Positions 18,504 to 28,852 of a stretch of DNA of 64,000 nucleotides are shown one piece after another (positions within the stretch are counted from its first letter, which is position 1; the number at the start of each line of letters is the position of its first letter). Location of the stretch: positions 15,877 through 79,876 of the IMG/VR virus record IMGVR_UViG_3300010347_002008, one strand, 5' to 3'. The notes beneath the pieces are model-generated. The model saw nothing but the letters and a program-made list of their open reading frames with translations. It had not been told where the DNA came from and ran no database searches. The translations under genes and the position numbers were made by a program. This DNA comes from a virus. Lineage: Duplodnaviria; Caudoviricetes.

Positions 18504-19163
18504 TTAATTTTTTAATTTAAATGAAAGTTCAAATTCTTCGAAAATTTGACCCTCATCATATTCATCAAATGAAATAAAACTCTCGTTAGCTTTATCTTTT
18601 TTATTTTTAACTTTATCTTTAGAATCCTTCCATAATCCTGTAAGATCATTTAAAAAAATCCCGCCTTTTGATAATATTTTATGTATAACTCTTAAAACAA
18701 AAAGTATAATAGCGATTTTTAAGAATAACATACCTCCCCAGTGCCATTCATTTTCGGCTCCTCTAAGAACTTTATCCATAAAATCCGCCTTTACAACATA
18801 TGTATTCTGTATAAATCCCCAAACTCCAGCAACAAGAGAGGCAATAGTTCCAACATTTAATATTTGCTGCATTCTCTTTGCTTTTTTTCTACTAACTAAA
18901 GATGTTCCGGCAGTTTTAAGCACATCGTTGGCTGTATCAAGAACTTTTCCAGCAATTTCCTTTCTTTTTTGTTTTCCCTTATCAGTGCCCCATTCCTCTT
19001 CAGAAACTCCAAGTTCTTGCTGAACTTTTCTTAATAAATCTTTTAATTCTTTTTCATGTTGACGAAGTTGTTCTTGTCTTTCTGGATCAAGATCATCATC
19101 ACCTCTTAATGATGTTTGTTTTTCTTCTTTTTCGTCTTCAATATCTAATAAATCTCCTGCCAT
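18504..19163 (-). CDS. two-TM membrane protein (possible lysis accessory)
   Basis: Hydrophobic segments ILNVGTIASLVAGVWGFI and GGMLFLKIAIILFVLRVI with charged termini. Confidence 0.55.
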   Translation of the reverse strand: MAGDLLDIEDEKEEKQTSLRGDDDLDPERQEQLRQHEKELKDLLRKVQQELGVSEEEWGTDKGKQKRKEIAGKVLDTANDVLKTAGTSLVSRKKAKRMQQILNVGTIASLVAGVWGFIQNTYVVKADFMDKVLRGAENEWHWGGMLFLKIAIILFVLRVIHKILSKGGIFLNDLTGLWKDSKDKVKNKKDKANESFISFDEYDEGQIFEEFELSFKLKN

Positions 19164-19177
19164 TACATTTAATTATT

Positions 19178-20041
19178 TTACCATTGATAAATTGTATAGC
19201 CAAATGAAGGACCAACAACAATTGTAGGTTTCTTCTGAATAAAATCGTATGTTGGCATAATACCCAAATTAACACTAAACCCAGTAAACCAGTGTGAACG
19301 TTTTGGAACATCTAATAAAACCCCTTGCATATTTGTTACACTAAATCCAGGATATTTACTATTTGCAAAAACTCTTAATCTTCCATTTTCCCATTTCTGA
19401 CCCCATACTAACTCTATCTGTGTTGCTCTGGAAGTCATTTCGGTTCCTAGATGTTTAACTTCTACATCTCCTAATTCAAAATTAGATCTTGCAAAAATAG
19501 CTGGTTCATTATCAGGAGTTAATAAATATCTATCCTTAGCCCATACTAATCTAACCTTTGTTTGTCCTTTAAATAAATCATAATTTGTTGTATCTTTGTC
19601 ATAAATATAATGAAGAGTCCATGGAACTAAATATGTGGAGTCGTTTAATTTTATAGGTTCTTCTAATAAATCTTTAAGATGTGCAATATACTTTCTAAGA
19701 TCAGTCGTATCCTGTTGTAATAGAATAACAATTTTGTTTAATGATATAACCTTTCCTTTTTGTTTTTGTAACTCATCATACAAATCCTTATTAAGTTTTT
19801 TCAATTCCTTTTCAGAAGCTATGAAACCGTCAATTGTAAATTGAAGTTCCCCTGTTTTAAGTCTTTCTTTCTTAAGAGTATCTGTCAAAGCAGAATTATT
19901 TTGTTCAGTTCTCTCTAAATCTTCTCTTAATTCTCTATTTCGCTGACACATAGTAGCCAAGAATATAACTAAAACAATAGCTACAACATATCCAAAAAAT
20001 TTTGAATTAATAAAGTTCCAAATTGCTTTTAAAAATTTCAT
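19178..20041 (-). CDS. spanin-like membrane-anchored coiled-coil protein
   Basis: N-terminal TM (FFGYVVAIVLVIFLA), coiled coil, C-terminal amphipathic beta strands ending in Trp. Confidence 0.5.
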   Translation of the reverse strand: MKFLKAIWNFINSKFFGYVVAIVLVIFLATMCQRNRELREDLERTEQNNSALTDTLKKERLKTGELQFTIDGFIASEKELKKLNKDLYDELQKQKGKVISLNKIVILLQQDTTDLRKYIAHLKDLLEEPIKLNDSTYLVPWTLHYIYDKDTTNYDLFKGQTKVRLVWAKDRYLLTPDNEPAIFARSNFELGDVEVKHLGTEMTSRATQIELVWGQKWENGRLRVFANSKYPGFSVTNMQGVLLDVPKRSHWFTGFSVNLGIMPTYDFIQKKPTIVVGPSFGYTIYQW

Positions 20042-20051
20042 ATATAATTTT

Positions 20052-22127
20052 TTAATTTGCTTGAATTATTATCAACATAGGATAACCATCTACACCACCA
20101 GCACTACAATCCATTTGTCCATATCCAGATGCTGGGTATGACCCAACAAATGTTGGTCCCCACCCCTCTCCGGATCCAGTTAGATCGTATATTGTTACTC
20201 CGCTAATAGAAGGAGTAGGAAGAGACCACTGCCAATCAATTGGAGCACTATCTGTAAATCTCATCGATGTATATAAAGTATCACCATAATAAATAGTTCC
20301 ATAATCAACTTGCCAATATCCAGATCCACCATATGATGATTGATAATTAAGATTTATAGGAAGACTATACTCTGTTCCTCCAATTTCTATCCAGACCTCA
20401 ACACCCCTTTGATATATTGTTAAAGAACCTACAGGGGTTGTGCCACTAACAAATTCAATAGTACCATATCTCTGATATTCAATGTCATTGTCTTCATCCA
20501 ATGTTATTGTAATAGGAGTTAAAGTTCCAGCAGGACCTGACATCGGAGAAATTGAAACCCATGGAGGATATGAATCTATAGACCATGGACATGCAGCATT
20601 TGCTGAAACATCAACAGTCCAAGGATTGGAACCTCCAACATTTCCATTTCTAGAAGCATCAATGTAATAATATGGCCATGAATATGAATAAAGTTTTGAA
20701 TTTCCAGTTAACCATAATTCAGGACCTATAGCTCCTCTTGGTTGGTAAATTGAAACATCTTTATAAATTGTATTTCCTGGTAATAGATGAACTCTAATTT
20801 TTCCAACACGTGAATTTATAGATTCATTAGCTATTACGTCAACTAAAATTGATCCATCTAATCCTCCAATACTTGTGCATCTAATATTATACATAAAATC
20901 AGATGGATTAGATAAAATAGAGGCATTCCAAGTAAAGTTTGCGTCAACATCAAATCCTAAATCAAACGCAGCATCCGATGCACTTAATACATAACTACTT
21001 GGATTAACATAAATGGCGCCTTTAAATAAATTCTGCACTTCAGAATTTCTTGTCCATCCAGTATCTGTATATAATTTCATGTAATATGCGTATGTTTTTG
21101 CCGGAGATAGTCCTGTTATAGTTACATAACTTCCGGGAGTGCTTGAAACATTTGAAAATATTAAAGGTCTTAATGATACATCATTTATGAAACTAAATGT
21201 TTTTCCATTATAGGGATAATTATTTTCATAGAAATATAAATCACCATAAACATTTGTTGCTCCATTTACAAAATCAGATAAATTCCAGTTTATTGAACAA
21301 TTAGTAGTTCCCATTGTTCCGTAAAAACTGGTTGGAGACGATTGAAAATTAGGATCAAATATTGAATTGGCTTTTATTTCATAATTTGTTAAAATCGCAC
21401 CTACACAAGTATCTTGAGTAAAGGTATTTTTTCCTAATTCTTTCTTTTGACGTAATAATGAAACATCAAAAATTAAGTTAGTATTTCTTAATAAACCAGT
21501 ATTATCCAAGTTTCCAATATGAAAAGCTTTTTCTACTTCATTGTAAACTATAGCTAATGCTTTATGATTATCTTGAGGAGCATTTTCCCCAGATGTATAT
21601 ACTGTAAATGCATTATATTTTAAAGCAGCGTCCGATTTAATATTTGTATATTCAATTCTTGCAAAATTCTTGGGTTGAACATCATAAATATTTTCTGGAA
21701 CAGCTGTATAATCAATAGCACCTGAAACAGTATAAACATTATCAATGATAAATTTTGGAGATGAATTACTATTAAAATATCTTTCAAATCCATTACTTGT
21801 ATCTTTGCCTAGAGGAACAAAAAAACCTCCCATATTTAAGCTAGCAAATTTGTATTGATATGTATCAGTTTCGGCATTTATTTCATATGCTAAACCATCA
21901 CTATCAAAAAACAAATCTCCTGTAACATAAACACGCCCATCAGGTAAAGGTTCATCTGCAGGCCAGAGAGTTAAATTGTTTGCTATTTTATTATTAATAA
22001 TTGTAGTTTGTGTATTTGGATTTAAGCTTGTAAAATACATAGCAAGGCCTTGGCGACCATCTTCTCCTCGGTCTCCTTTTGTACCATATCCAGGTTTACC
22101 TGGTGCGTATTTGAATTTTTCGCTCAT
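20052..22127 (-). CDS. tail-associated protein with two BACON-like Ig domains
   Basis: VDANFTW...RVGKIRV...VSIYQ and VSAN..PW....PWVSISPMSG...RYGTIEF...LTIYQ; short Gly-X-Y N-terminus. Confidence 0.65.
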   Translation of the reverse strand: MSEKFKYAPGKPGYGTKGDRGEDGRQGLAMYFTSLNPNTQTTIINNKIANNLTLWPADEPLPDGRVYVTGDLFFDSDGLAYEINAETDTYQYKFASLNMGGFFVPLGKDTSNGFERYFNSNSSPKFIIDNVYTVSGAIDYTAVPENIYDVQPKNFARIEYTNIKSDAALKYNAFTVYTSGENAPQDNHKALAIVYNEVEKAFHIGNLDNTGLLRNTNLIFDVSLLRQKKELGKNTFTQDTCVGAILTNYEIKANSIFDPNFQSSPTSFYGTMGTTNCSINWNLSDFVNGATNVYGDLYFYENNYPYNGKTFSFINDVSLRPLIFSNVSSTPGSYVTITGLSPAKTYAYYMKLYTDTGWTRNSEVQNLFKGAIYVNPSSYVLSASDAAFDLGFDVDANFTWNASILSNPSDFMYNIRCTSIGGLDGSILVDVIANESINSRVGKIRVHLLPGNTIYKDVSIYQPRGAIGPELWLTGNSKLYSYSWPYYYIDASRNGNVGGSNPWTVDVSANAACPWSIDSYPPWVSISPMSGPAGTLTPITITLDEDNDIEYQRYGTIEFVSGTTPVGSLTIYQRGVEVWIEIGGTEYSLPINLNYQSSYGGSGYWQVDYGTIYYGDTLYTSMRFTDSAPIDWQWSLPTPSISGVTIYDLTGSGEGWGPTFVGSYPASGYGQMDCSAGGVDGYPMLIIIQAN

Positions 22128-22135
22128 ATTTACTT

Positions 22136-22156
22136 TATTTATATATTTTATTTATA
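22136..22156 (-). promoter_or_regulatory. tandem T4-type late promoters
   Basis: TATAAATA on the minus strand at 22136-22143 and 22149-22156. Confidence 0.7.
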
Positions 22157-22171
22157 AAAACATATCATCTA

Positions 22172-24148
22172 TTATGGAAAATGTGATGGATGTGAAGTAT
22201 TTGTAGATCCAGCTCCCCTTGTAGTAGAACAACTGTTATAAGCATTAAGATATTTTTTCCAATAATAATATCTATTTGTTCCTATTTGAACATTTCCAGT
22301 TCCTGAAATTTTTGAAATACTCGAAATATATGCATATCCCATTGACTGTACCCATCGATCACTTTCGTAATCACAAGAAGGTCCTTGTACAATCGGATGA
22401 TCGTAAGACCCCTCTCTCCAATAACTTTTTATATAAACACTTGTGTCAATTGAAGGAGATATAGTAAATGTATTAGTCACTAAATTATATCCAGTTTGAT
22501 TTGGATCAAAATTTGGATCTCTTCCACTATTTTGTGAAGAAATATTTGCTTCCGCAACATTTGTTTGCTTCGTCCAAATACCCCCACTTTTTCTCCATGT
22601 TTCAACCCATATATGAACTCTACGACCAGTAGTTACTCCCCCTGCTGCAGCTCCCCACGCACCCATTTGAATGGTTACAGACGCAGATACATCAATAGTA
22701 GCCGATGGGGAACTTGTAAATACTAATTTTCCGTATGAATCAAATGCTACATAAACTTCTAATGGTGTCTGATTAACCGTTATTATTTGAGGAGAAGCTT
22801 CTGAATAAACATTAATATAACCTGTTCTGGATGTAGTGCCAGTAAGTTTAACTAAACTCACATCAAATGTAAATTCTCCAGGTCCAGCGCCTGAACCTCC
22901 TGACACATCAATCCACGTATAACTTCCTCGGTTGGCATTCCATCCTGTAAATGAATCTGTTGAAATATCAACACCATAAACATAAGTTCCTTTGTATGAT
23001 TCGTATGGTGTAAATTCTCCTAAATAATTAGCATTTAATATTTTAGATGCCGGATCTAAAATTGTCATAGTTGCAGGAGATCCAGTTTCTATAGTTTCTA
23101 TTTTTAGAGATTGTCTTTCCCACCCGTCCTTTTTAAGTATCATATAATATTCATAAGTTGTTCCGATACTTAAATCATTTATGATTACATAACCGGAAGG
23201 ATCAACATCATGAATAATTAAAGGCTTAAATATAGAAGCATTAATGGCCCAAGTTCCACTTGCTGCTTGTTTTTTATTAAAAACAATGGTACCTTTAATA
23301 GATGGATCATAATATCCTGGAGTAAAATCTTCAAGATTCCAGACTAAACGAGCATATTCACCAAGAGGCTGAAGAATAAATGAAGCTGGTTGCTCCTCAA
23401 ATATTGGATCAAATAAAATATTTGTAGCCTTTTCTGCATTTGATATTACAGTTCCACTTGGAGTATTTGTTTTAAATCTATTTGAATCTTGACGGTTTAC
23501 TAATAATAATGAAACATCCAATGTTAAATTAGTGTCTCTAAGATTTCCACTTTCTAAATTTCCAATTCTAAAACCATCATTATCTTTAAAAATAGCTAAC
23601 GCTTTATGCTCATCAATATCTGCTTGTTCAGCGCATGAATATAATGTAAAAGCTGATACATCTGTAAATTCAATACGAGTGAAGTCTTGCAAATTAATTC
23701 CATAAATATTTCCCAGAACTAAATAACTAGATTTTGTCGAAAAATTATTATCTATCAAATAATTAGTTGAGGCACTATGAATATTTGAATATCTTTCAAA
23801 TCCTGTGATAGTATCATATATAGGGGGAACGTGAGATTCAAAAAATTCTGACTTTGATAACGCTGCTCCTGTATTTGTAAATTCATCCTCTGAAGCATCA
23901 ATTTGATAAATATAACCTCTTGAACTTACAAATAAATCACCAGATTGATAAACTCTTCCTCCAGGAAGCTTTACTCCGGGGGTTGATGACCACATAACAT
24001 AATCATTACGTATGCAATCTTCAATGCGTAATAAATCAAATACAGGATCAAAGTCTGTGAAATACAATGCAAGACCTTGAAGGCCTGCAGATCCATCTCC
24101 TCCTTTAGCTCCGTATCCTAATAATCCTGGTGAATATTGAAATTTCAT
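22172..24148 (-). CDS. paralog of 20052-22127 with one BACON-like domain
   Basis: Shared N-terminus (Y.PG..GYG.KG..G..G.QGLA.YFT); W.DVSGGSG...SRTGYINV...ITVNQ. Confidence 0.65.
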   Translation of the reverse strand: MKFQYSPGLLGYGAKGGDGSAGLQGLALYFTDFDPVFDLLRIEDCIRNDYVMWSSTPGVKLPGGRVYQSGDLFVSSRGYIYQIDASEDEFTNTGAALSKSEFFESHVPPIYDTITGFERYSNIHSASTNYLIDNNFSTKSSYLVLGNIYGINLQDFTRIEFTDVSAFTLYSCAEQADIDEHKALAIFKDNDGFRIGNLESGNLRDTNLTLDVSLLLVNRQDSNRFKTNTPSGTVISNAEKATNILFDPIFEEQPASFILQPLGEYARLVWNLEDFTPGYYDPSIKGTIVFNKKQAASGTWAINASIFKPLIIHDVDPSGYVIINDLSIGTTYEYYMILKKDGWERQSLKIETIETGSPATMTILDPASKILNANYLGEFTPYESYKGTYVYGVDISTDSFTGWNANRGSYTWIDVSGGSGAGPGEFTFDVSLVKLTGTTSRTGYINVYSEASPQIITVNQTPLEVYVAFDSYGKLVFTSSPSATIDVSASVTIQMGAWGAAAGGVTTGRRVHIWVETWRKSGGIWTKQTNVAEANISSQNSGRDPNFDPNQTGYNLVTNTFTISPSIDTSVYIKSYWREGSYDHPIVQGPSCDYESDRWVQSMGYAYISSISKISGTGNVQIGTNRYYYWKKYLNAYNSCSTTRGAGSTNTSHPSHFP

Positions 24149-24153
24149 AATTA

Positions 24154-27100
24154 TTATTTTTCAGTTAAAGTAAATGATACAAAATATGAAAAACTTCCAG
24201 TTTTAGGAATAGTTATCTTATAAATGTATTCGTCATTTTCATAAACTAATTGGCCATTAAAATTCTGTTTATTGTCATTTATAAACCCAGTTCCTAAAGT
24301 GTAATATAATACTTTAGAATCATAAGGTTTATAATAAAAGTTGACAAGTATTTTTGGCTGACTAATATTATAATAAGTTAAAACGGTGTTTTTTACATAA
24401 CCATCAATTATATTGTCTGTATTAGAAAATTCGGACCAATTAGATAAGAATGTATTATTTGTTTTGAACATTGATAAAATGGCTCTTGTTAAATTATAGG
24501 AAAAAACATATTCTGTTGAACTTTCAGTATAAGTAGCCAAAGTAACATCCCAGTTTTGTAGTGTAATTTGGTTCGGAAATTTTGGTAATTTAGATCCAAA
24601 AAATGAAGGTAACTCATCTAAAGATTCATATCCACTTACATCAGTTACTATTGAACCATTCCACAATTTAAAATAATTAGCATCCCATAAAGCTTTAAAC
24701 ACGTTAAAATTAGATACGTAAGAAATAGCATTTCCGGCACTAACATCTGCTTGTGTAACTTCTTCAACAACTTTATTATACCATAATTGCGGAATATTAT
24801 TGTAAGCACGCAAATTTGTATTACTAAAGGTAAAGTCTCTATCAACAATATTTACAAAATCTGCATTTTCGTCTGATTTAAATTCAAGAATGTTATTGAA
24901 ACTAGGTTTAAACCATCCGTTATATGTTGTCATTCCCATATATGATCTTGGTGGATTTATCTTTATAGTTATAGGATTAATGTTTGAACCAAAATCAAAA
25001 CTATTATAAACTTCATTTCCTCTAATTATATAGTACATGACATAATTATATGAAGTTGATAACAAAAATTTTAATGTTGCAATATTTGTTGTATTGTTTA
25101 CATACCAGTTCTTATTGTTATTGTAGTTATATCCGTAGTTTAGAACGTAATTTCCATATGTATTTGAATTTTGGAAGTAATTGTAATCTACATATTGTGA
25201 GAATGTTTGATAATTTTTGTGTGAATCCACATTGAATGTTAATCCTGATAAAGTATTGGTTCCAAATGCGTTCCATGCAGAATTAAACAACCCCTTGTTT
25301 AACTGAGCATATGGCTGAACAGTTCCATTATTATATGTAAGTGCAACATCATAATATCTTTCAATTCCTTTATTAATTGTGGAGTTATTTACTATAAACG
25401 GGGTTTTTACAAAACAATATGTTGATGATTCAATAGTTGTGCCTGTAACAAATCCTAAATCTGATGGATCTAATAAAGATTTCCCTGGTAAAAATGTGGA
25501 GTAACGAATATTATAATTAAGCTCATCATTACCCTGATACCAGATCATCAAGATAGTCTTTGTATTTTCATTTATAATAACTTCTATAGGACGCTTATTA
25601 TCTTTATTTCTTGAAGGAGTTGAAATAAATGAGAATCTATATCGATCATATGACTTTATATCCAATGTATTTTTTGCCGCATTTTCAACCTTTATTGATA
25701 AATTCAATCCCATGAAAATAACATCTATAGTATTTTTATATTGATTGTAGTAAACAATAGATGATCTTGTTTTTGTTGCATCTACATTATAATTAGAATA
25801 AACTAATTTTGAAAAATAATCATCATAAGGATATTTAAACATCAATTCCTTAAAGGTGTAGTAATCAGTTCCATCATAAACTACATCATTAATATCATAA
25901 AATACATAATCTTGCCAAGCTCTTCCACATGGTGTTAAATATTTAAACACAGGATAAGAAATTTCCTGAGTGAAATTCTCATCGTCAGGGATAAAGTTAG
26001 TACTTACATCAAGTATATTATCATTTAAAATTAATCTAAATGGATTATTACGACAGTCATTTCCCAAACCATTCCATTTTGAAACTAAAGGAATAGTTAA
26101 TCCATAAGTTAAAAGTGTACTAGAATCATAGTAATCAGCAATATTTTCTTCATTTCCAGCTGCTCCACTCTTATAGCTCTTATATGTATAAGATCCATTA
26201 AGTATACCATAAGTAATTATAGTGTTTGATGTTGCCTCGAAATAAATACTAGAATCAAAGGTATTCATCAATGTTAATGGGGTATATGGAGTAGTTATCC
26301 CATTTTGAGTTTTATTTCCATCTCCTGTTTGTACAATATAAGATCCTGGCAATTCCAATGTATAATTAGAACCAGCAGCAATTGAAATGGAGTAAGTACT
26401 TAGGTCACAATCTCTATTGTATTTGTATTGACTAGTAAATCCTAAATTTTGATTATCATAAACAGTATAATCAATATCTTTAACAGGGTTTATACCCATT
26501 AATGATAAGTTCAATGGATAAATGTTGTATGCATTAAATTTAGATTTAACTAATTGTATTTCATATGAGGTCATGACTAATACCTTGTCAGTCTCATGAA
26601 GAGGATCTTTAACATATTGATAATAATTATTCGATACGTCAAAGTGTAATAATCTTCGATACCATAAATCTGTTCCTTGATATAATGTTGGTTCCTCAAA
26701 TTTATCTAATACATTTTTAGAAGCGTCGAAACTATAAAGGTTGTTTGTTTGGCGATCAATAAAATCAACAATTATATTTTGACGATTTCCATAAATTTCA
26801 AAATCTATAGGTCCGTATAATGCACTAATATCAATAATGTCAAAATCACTTGAAGATGGTGTAAATACTCCAAAGAAAGTAATATCTTCAGGTTTGGCAG
26901 CAGTATTGAATCCAGAACATGGATCGCTAAAATCATTTAACGTTGGGGCAGAAATTCTTTGGAATTTCCATCCGTCACTTGTACAAGCATCATCATTTAA
27001 AATAATTGAAACCCAATTATTTCCTCTTATTCCTGATCTAAAATATGTTCCTTCGTAATCCCCAAACCTGTCAAATGCATTTTCAATTTGTTTAATCTGA

Positions 27101-28842
27101 TATTGAATGTCACCATTCATATCAAAATATGTACGATAAACAGTTGGATGATAACCATTTTCGTCTATAGACGTTGTACAATATGGTTCACATTCCATTC
27201 CGCTAGCGTCTATGCTATAAACTTCCCATATTTTATTTTGAGCCACATTGATAACTCTTAAATGTTCACCCTGTTCAAGTGGGTTATTTAGTGTTAAAGT
27301 AATAAATGGATTTATATTGGTCTTTTCTGCAGTAACGCTGAATAGGTTTTTATATGGTTTACTTACATAAGGATTCGAAATGTTAGTTTCGTTTACTTGA
27401 TTAACATTTGTAATTCTTCGTAATTGAACTTCATCGTTTAATACAAATATTCTATTTCGATATTCATCTGTTACATAACCATTTATTGGATCAAATATAA
27501 CAGAAGAGTTCATAAATACGCTGCTGTCTTTACCGTCCAAAGATATAATCTCAATAGGACCCGATGATGAATCTGAATAATATGCAAGCTTATATAATAC
27601 GTTTTCTGTTAAATAAAATCCAAAATATCTATGCATTGTATATAGACTAACGTCTTCATCACTAAATACATACTCAAGATTTACGATATTAGGACATAAC
27701 AACGTATTTCTTTCAAACCCCTGAGATACAAAAGCATTTAAATCTGTGAAATTTTGTGCCTTTTGATTAAAGAAATATGTTGTTTCAGATCTTCCCGTAA
27801 CAATACCTTTATCTACAGCTATGCCATACCAAGTATTTGGATCTGATTCGGCCTTTACAAGACTTGGATCAGTTAAAGATAAGAATACCGGAGCCTGAAT
27901 TTTAACAACATCTGCCATATGTGTTGCTAAATATTTTCCTAGAGGAGCCTCAGGTTTTAAACTCCAACTTCTTATTAAATCACTATCTTCTAAATATTTA
28001 AAGGCTAAATCTTCTAAATTTGAACTTGTATATGTTGATGGATTGTATACACCTCCTAATCTAAAAATTGCAAAATAATCTGGCAATTTAGAATTTATCC
28101 ATAGAGGCGCTAATAAACCGTTATCCTCAGGATATAATTCATCACGAATTAATCTAGCACCATAATTATAAGTTACGTTATATTGATTTTTGTAATCAGT
28201 TTTTGGAATTCCTATTTCTAAGGTATTTTCAACGTCTACACGATAAAGTTCTCCTAATGGAAGCGTTGAAAAAACATTTCGAATATCCCCAGCCAAAGCG
28301 CTGTTTCCAGAAACAACTTGATGACGATATTTTTTATTGGAAAGAATATCAGAAACTTTAAATGTGTCAAGATATAAATAATTACTAGGATCAATAACAA
28401 GCTTAATATTCCCTGTAAATTTAGGATTGGTTCGCATCAACATATATGATGCTTCGTCATCAATTAAAAGATCTTCATTTGTGTAAGTATTAATAATTCC
28501 TTCACCTACAATAAATGGTCTGTTTTTTATTGATACATCTATTGTTTCAATTTTATTTGAAAAATCGGAACTATCATAAATATTGAAACTTAATATCGTA
28601 TCAAATTTGTAATTTTTATTTGTGAAAATTTGAAATGAAGCAGCGTCCATCAAGGAGTTTAACACAAGTGAAAATCCTAAAGAAACCTCATATTTATTAA
28701 TGTCCAAACCATTAACATATAAAATATTTTCTCCGATATTACAAGAAGGACAAATCCATTGTTCTGTTCCATCGAAAATAAAATTTAAAAATGCTTCCGG
28801 ATTTTTGGAAGTTAATATTGCAGTGTTATTAAATAGCTTCAT
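24154..28842 (-). CDS. large (1562 aa) tail/baseplate structural protein
   Basis: Size, aromatic and beta-rich composition, tail-block context; no specific family recognised. Confidence 0.55.
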   Translation of the reverse strand: MKLFNNTAILTSKNPEAFLNFIFDGTEQWICPSCNIGENILYVNGLDINKYEVSLGFSLVLNSLMDAASFQIFTNKNYKFDTILSFNIYDSSDFSNKIETIDVSIKNRPFIVGEGIINTYTNEDLLIDDEASYMLMRTNPKFTGNIKLVIDPSNYLYLDTFKVSDILSNKKYRHQVVSGNSALAGDIRNVFSTLPLGELYRVDVENTLEIGIPKTDYKNQYNVTYNYGARLIRDELYPEDNGLLAPLWINSKLPDYFAIFRLGGVYNPSTYTSSNLEDLAFKYLEDSDLIRSWSLKPEAPLGKYLATHMADVVKIQAPVFLSLTDPSLVKAESDPNTWYGIAVDKGIVTGRSETTYFFNQKAQNFTDLNAFVSQGFERNTLLCPNIVNLEYVFSDEDVSLYTMHRYFGFYLTENVLYKLAYYSDSSSGPIEIISLDGKDSSVFMNSSVIFDPINGYVTDEYRNRIFVLNDEVQLRRITNVNQVNETNISNPYVSKPYKNLFSVTAEKTNINPFITLTLNNPLEQGEHLRVINVAQNKIWEVYSIDASGMECEPYCTTSIDENGYHPTVYRTYFDMNGDIQYQIKQIENAFDRFGDYEGTYFRSGIRGNNWVSIILNDDACTSDGWKFQRISAPTLNDFSDPCSGFNTAAKPEDITFFGVFTPSSSDFDIIDISALYGPIDFEIYGNRQNIIVDFIDRQTNNLYSFDASKNVLDKFEEPTLYQGTDLWYRRLLHFDVSNNYYQYVKDPLHETDKVLVMTSYEIQLVKSKFNAYNIYPLNLSLMGINPVKDIDYTVYDNQNLGFTSQYKYNRDCDLSTYSISIAAGSNYTLELPGSYIVQTGDGNKTQNGITTPYTPLTLMNTFDSSIYFEATSNTIITYGILNGSYTYKSYKSGAAGNEENIADYYDSSTLLTYGLTIPLVSKWNGLGNDCRNNPFRLILNDNILDVSTNFIPDDENFTQEISYPVFKYLTPCGRAWQDYVFYDINDVVYDGTDYYTFKELMFKYPYDDYFSKLVYSNYNVDATKTRSSIVYYNQYKNTIDVIFMGLNLSIKVENAAKNTLDIKSYDRYRFSFISTPSRNKDNKRPIEVIINENTKTILMIWYQGNDELNYNIRYSTFLPGKSLLDPSDLGFVTGTTIESSTYCFVKTPFIVNNSTINKGIERYYDVALTYNNGTVQPYAQLNKGLFNSAWNAFGTNTLSGLTFNVDSHKNYQTFSQYVDYNYFQNSNTYGNYVLNYGYNYNNNKNWYVNNTTNIATLKFLLSTSYNYVMYYIIRGNEVYNSFDFGSNINPITIKINPPRSYMGMTTYNGWFKPSFNNILEFKSDENADFVNIVDRDFTFSNTNLRAYNNIPQLWYNKVVEEVTQADVSAGNAISYVSNFNVFKALWDANYFKLWNGSIVTDVSGYESLDELPSFFGSKLPKFPNQITLQNWDVTLATYTESSTEYVFSYNLTRAILSMFKTNNTFLSNWSEFSNTDNIIDGYVKNTVLTYYNISQPKILVNFYYKPYDSKVLYYTLGTGFINDNKQNFNGQLVYENDEYIYKITIPKTGSFSYFVSFTLTEK

Positions 28843-28852
28843 TCTTTATTTT

